A DNA stretch of 16,485 nt from a bacterium (lineage in GTDB: Bacteria; Hydrothermota; 32-111), in NCBI GenBank assembly GCA_050239825.1, contig JBFXGO010000047.1:1-16485 (forward strand), in the 5' to 3' direction. The translations under genes were made by a program, and so were the position numbers. The notes below the pieces were generated by a model. That model searched no databases and was not told where the DNA came from. It worked only from the letters and a program-made list of their open reading frames with translations. The number at the start of each line of letters is the position of its first letter. Positions within the stretch are counted from its first letter, which is position 1. Positions 15,416 through 16,485 of the stretch are shown here, piece by piece.

Positions 15416-16165
15416 ATGAAGAACAAAATCATCAATGACTCCTCGGTCCATTATGCAAGGAGGATGAAGGTATCCCTGTTGATTTCCTTAATAATGTTAA
15501 TATGCCTCTTCTCCCTTGCTCCGTCAATCAATACAAATCCATACACAATGAAAAATGAAAACAAAACAATTATTTTACAGGCGGTTATTGAACCTCTGAA
15601 GAACCTCTCCGACATGAAGGAGATTCCAAAACAGAGTCTGCCGAAGAGAATCACGGAAACGGAAAATGAGAATGAGGTAAGCGACATGGACATCAGAACG
15701 GATTTTGAAGATTCTGTAATTACAAATACAGATGAAGACGACAGAATATATACTATATATGAAACACCGCCGAAATTGCTTACTGGAATTGAAGTGAAGT
15801 ATCCTGAAGCGGCGAAAAAGATGGGAATTGAAGGAAAGGTTTATCTTAGAATTGTTGTTGAAAAAGACGGAAAAGTATCCTCTGTCGAGGTTATCAAATC
15901 AGACAACATAATACTTAATGATGCGGCAGTAGAGGCAGTCAAGAATGCTATCTTTTCTCCTGCAATGGCGAGGGACCTGCCTGTAAGGTGTGTGGTAACT
16001 CTGCCTATAATGTTCAAGTTGACAAAGTATAAAAGTGAAAATGTGAAAAGGCAAAAAAGCAGGGGAGATTGTTGTAAAGACAAAATCTTATTCAGCCATG
16101 TCACCCTGAACACGTCTATGGTTACGACTATAGTGAAGGGTCTATCAGTTTATTGTTATTGTTAA
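15416..16165 (+). CDS. Energy transducer TonB family protein (N-terminal TM anchor plus TonB C-terminal domain) with a repeat-derived C-terminal tail
   Basis: YPEAAKKMGIEGKVYLRIVVEKDGKV...LNDAAVEAVK...FSPA...VTLPIMFKL is a canonical TonB_C domain. The last 45 codons run through the repeat array. Confidence 0.88.
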   Translation: MKNKIINDSSVHYARRMKVSLLISLIMLICLFSLAPSINTNPYTMKNENKTIILQAVIEPLKNLSDMKEIPKQSLPKRITETENENEVSDMDIRTDFEDSVITNTDEDDRIYTIYETPPKLLTGIEVKYPEAAKKMGIEGKVYLRIVVEKDGKVSSVEVIKSDNIILNDAAVEAVKNAIFSPAMARDLPVRCVVTLPIMFKLTKYKSENVKRQKSRGDCCKDKILFSHVTLNTSMVTTIVKGLSVYCYC

Positions 16166-16485
16166 TTGATTGTTGATTATTTAAGATTGATTGGGGACTG
16201 CCGAATAGTGTAGCGTCGGCTCACACACTCCGCTTCGCCGCTTTATCAAGATGGGATAGCGTAGCAAGGGGTCGCCCACTTGATGGGCGTCTTCGCGGAG
16301 CGTCCTCGCCGACTTGCAGCTTTCGTGTATCAATAAGTTAATTATTTGTCTGTTGCAGTGGGGACACACCGAAGGAATGTCCCCACATTGGCTGGGGTGT
16401 AATGTGCGCGAACGCACATGATAGAGGTATCGGGTTGCACCAGAACTTTGTGAAGATTACTGAAAAGACAAAATCTTATTCATCT
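16029..16485. repeat. Modular structured repeat array, locus 2 (runs off the window end)
   Basis: Same leader as at 5643 (ATAAAAGTG..AAAAGGCAAAAAAGCAGGGG.GATTGT). Then delimiter 16073, module B 16100-16143, core C 16210-16313, extra hairpin 16358-16386, partial D 16386-16458 and delimiter 16461. Confidence 0.9.
16358..16386. repeat. REP-like palindrome GTGGGGACA-CACCGAAGGAA-TGTCCCCAC
   Basis: Perfect 9-bp inverted repeat starting GTGG and ending CCAC, with an internal CC-GAA-GG mini-hairpin. Present only in locus 2. Confidence 0.65.

Noticed and set aside
34..16113. Numerous short ORFs (60-127 aa) overlapping or antisense to the main genes, and 6629-6829
   Set aside because: They are shadow frames of well-supported CDSs or of repeat DNA, with no recognisable motifs.

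Overview
AT-rich bacterial chromosomal window with mostly ordinary genes: a secreted AmpC-like serine hydrolase, an M16 peptidase pair (one active, one lacking HxxEH), three UPF0104/MprF-N-like membrane proteins, valS, a TauE/SafE exporter, an exported helical-repeat hypothetical protein, an M28 peptidase and a TonB C-terminal-domain protein. The most unusual content is non-coding. A ~1.15 kb modular array of structured repeats lies at 5643-6797, and a second array starts at 16029 and runs off the window end. Units are delimited by a ~22-bp motif (TGTAAAGACAAAATCTTAYTCA) and built from swappable hairpin modules around a conserved 104-bp GTAG-led nested hairpin. This looks like a REP/BIME-like mosaic or a structured ncRNA array, and no cognate transposase or nuclease is in the window. 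The second array appears to have replaced the TonB stop codon. There is also a candidate ~65-nt small RNA at 1953-2017 with its own promoter, several sigma70-like promoters with a 16-bp spacer, and two probable leaderless genes. All calls were made by eye, with no database searches or folding runs.
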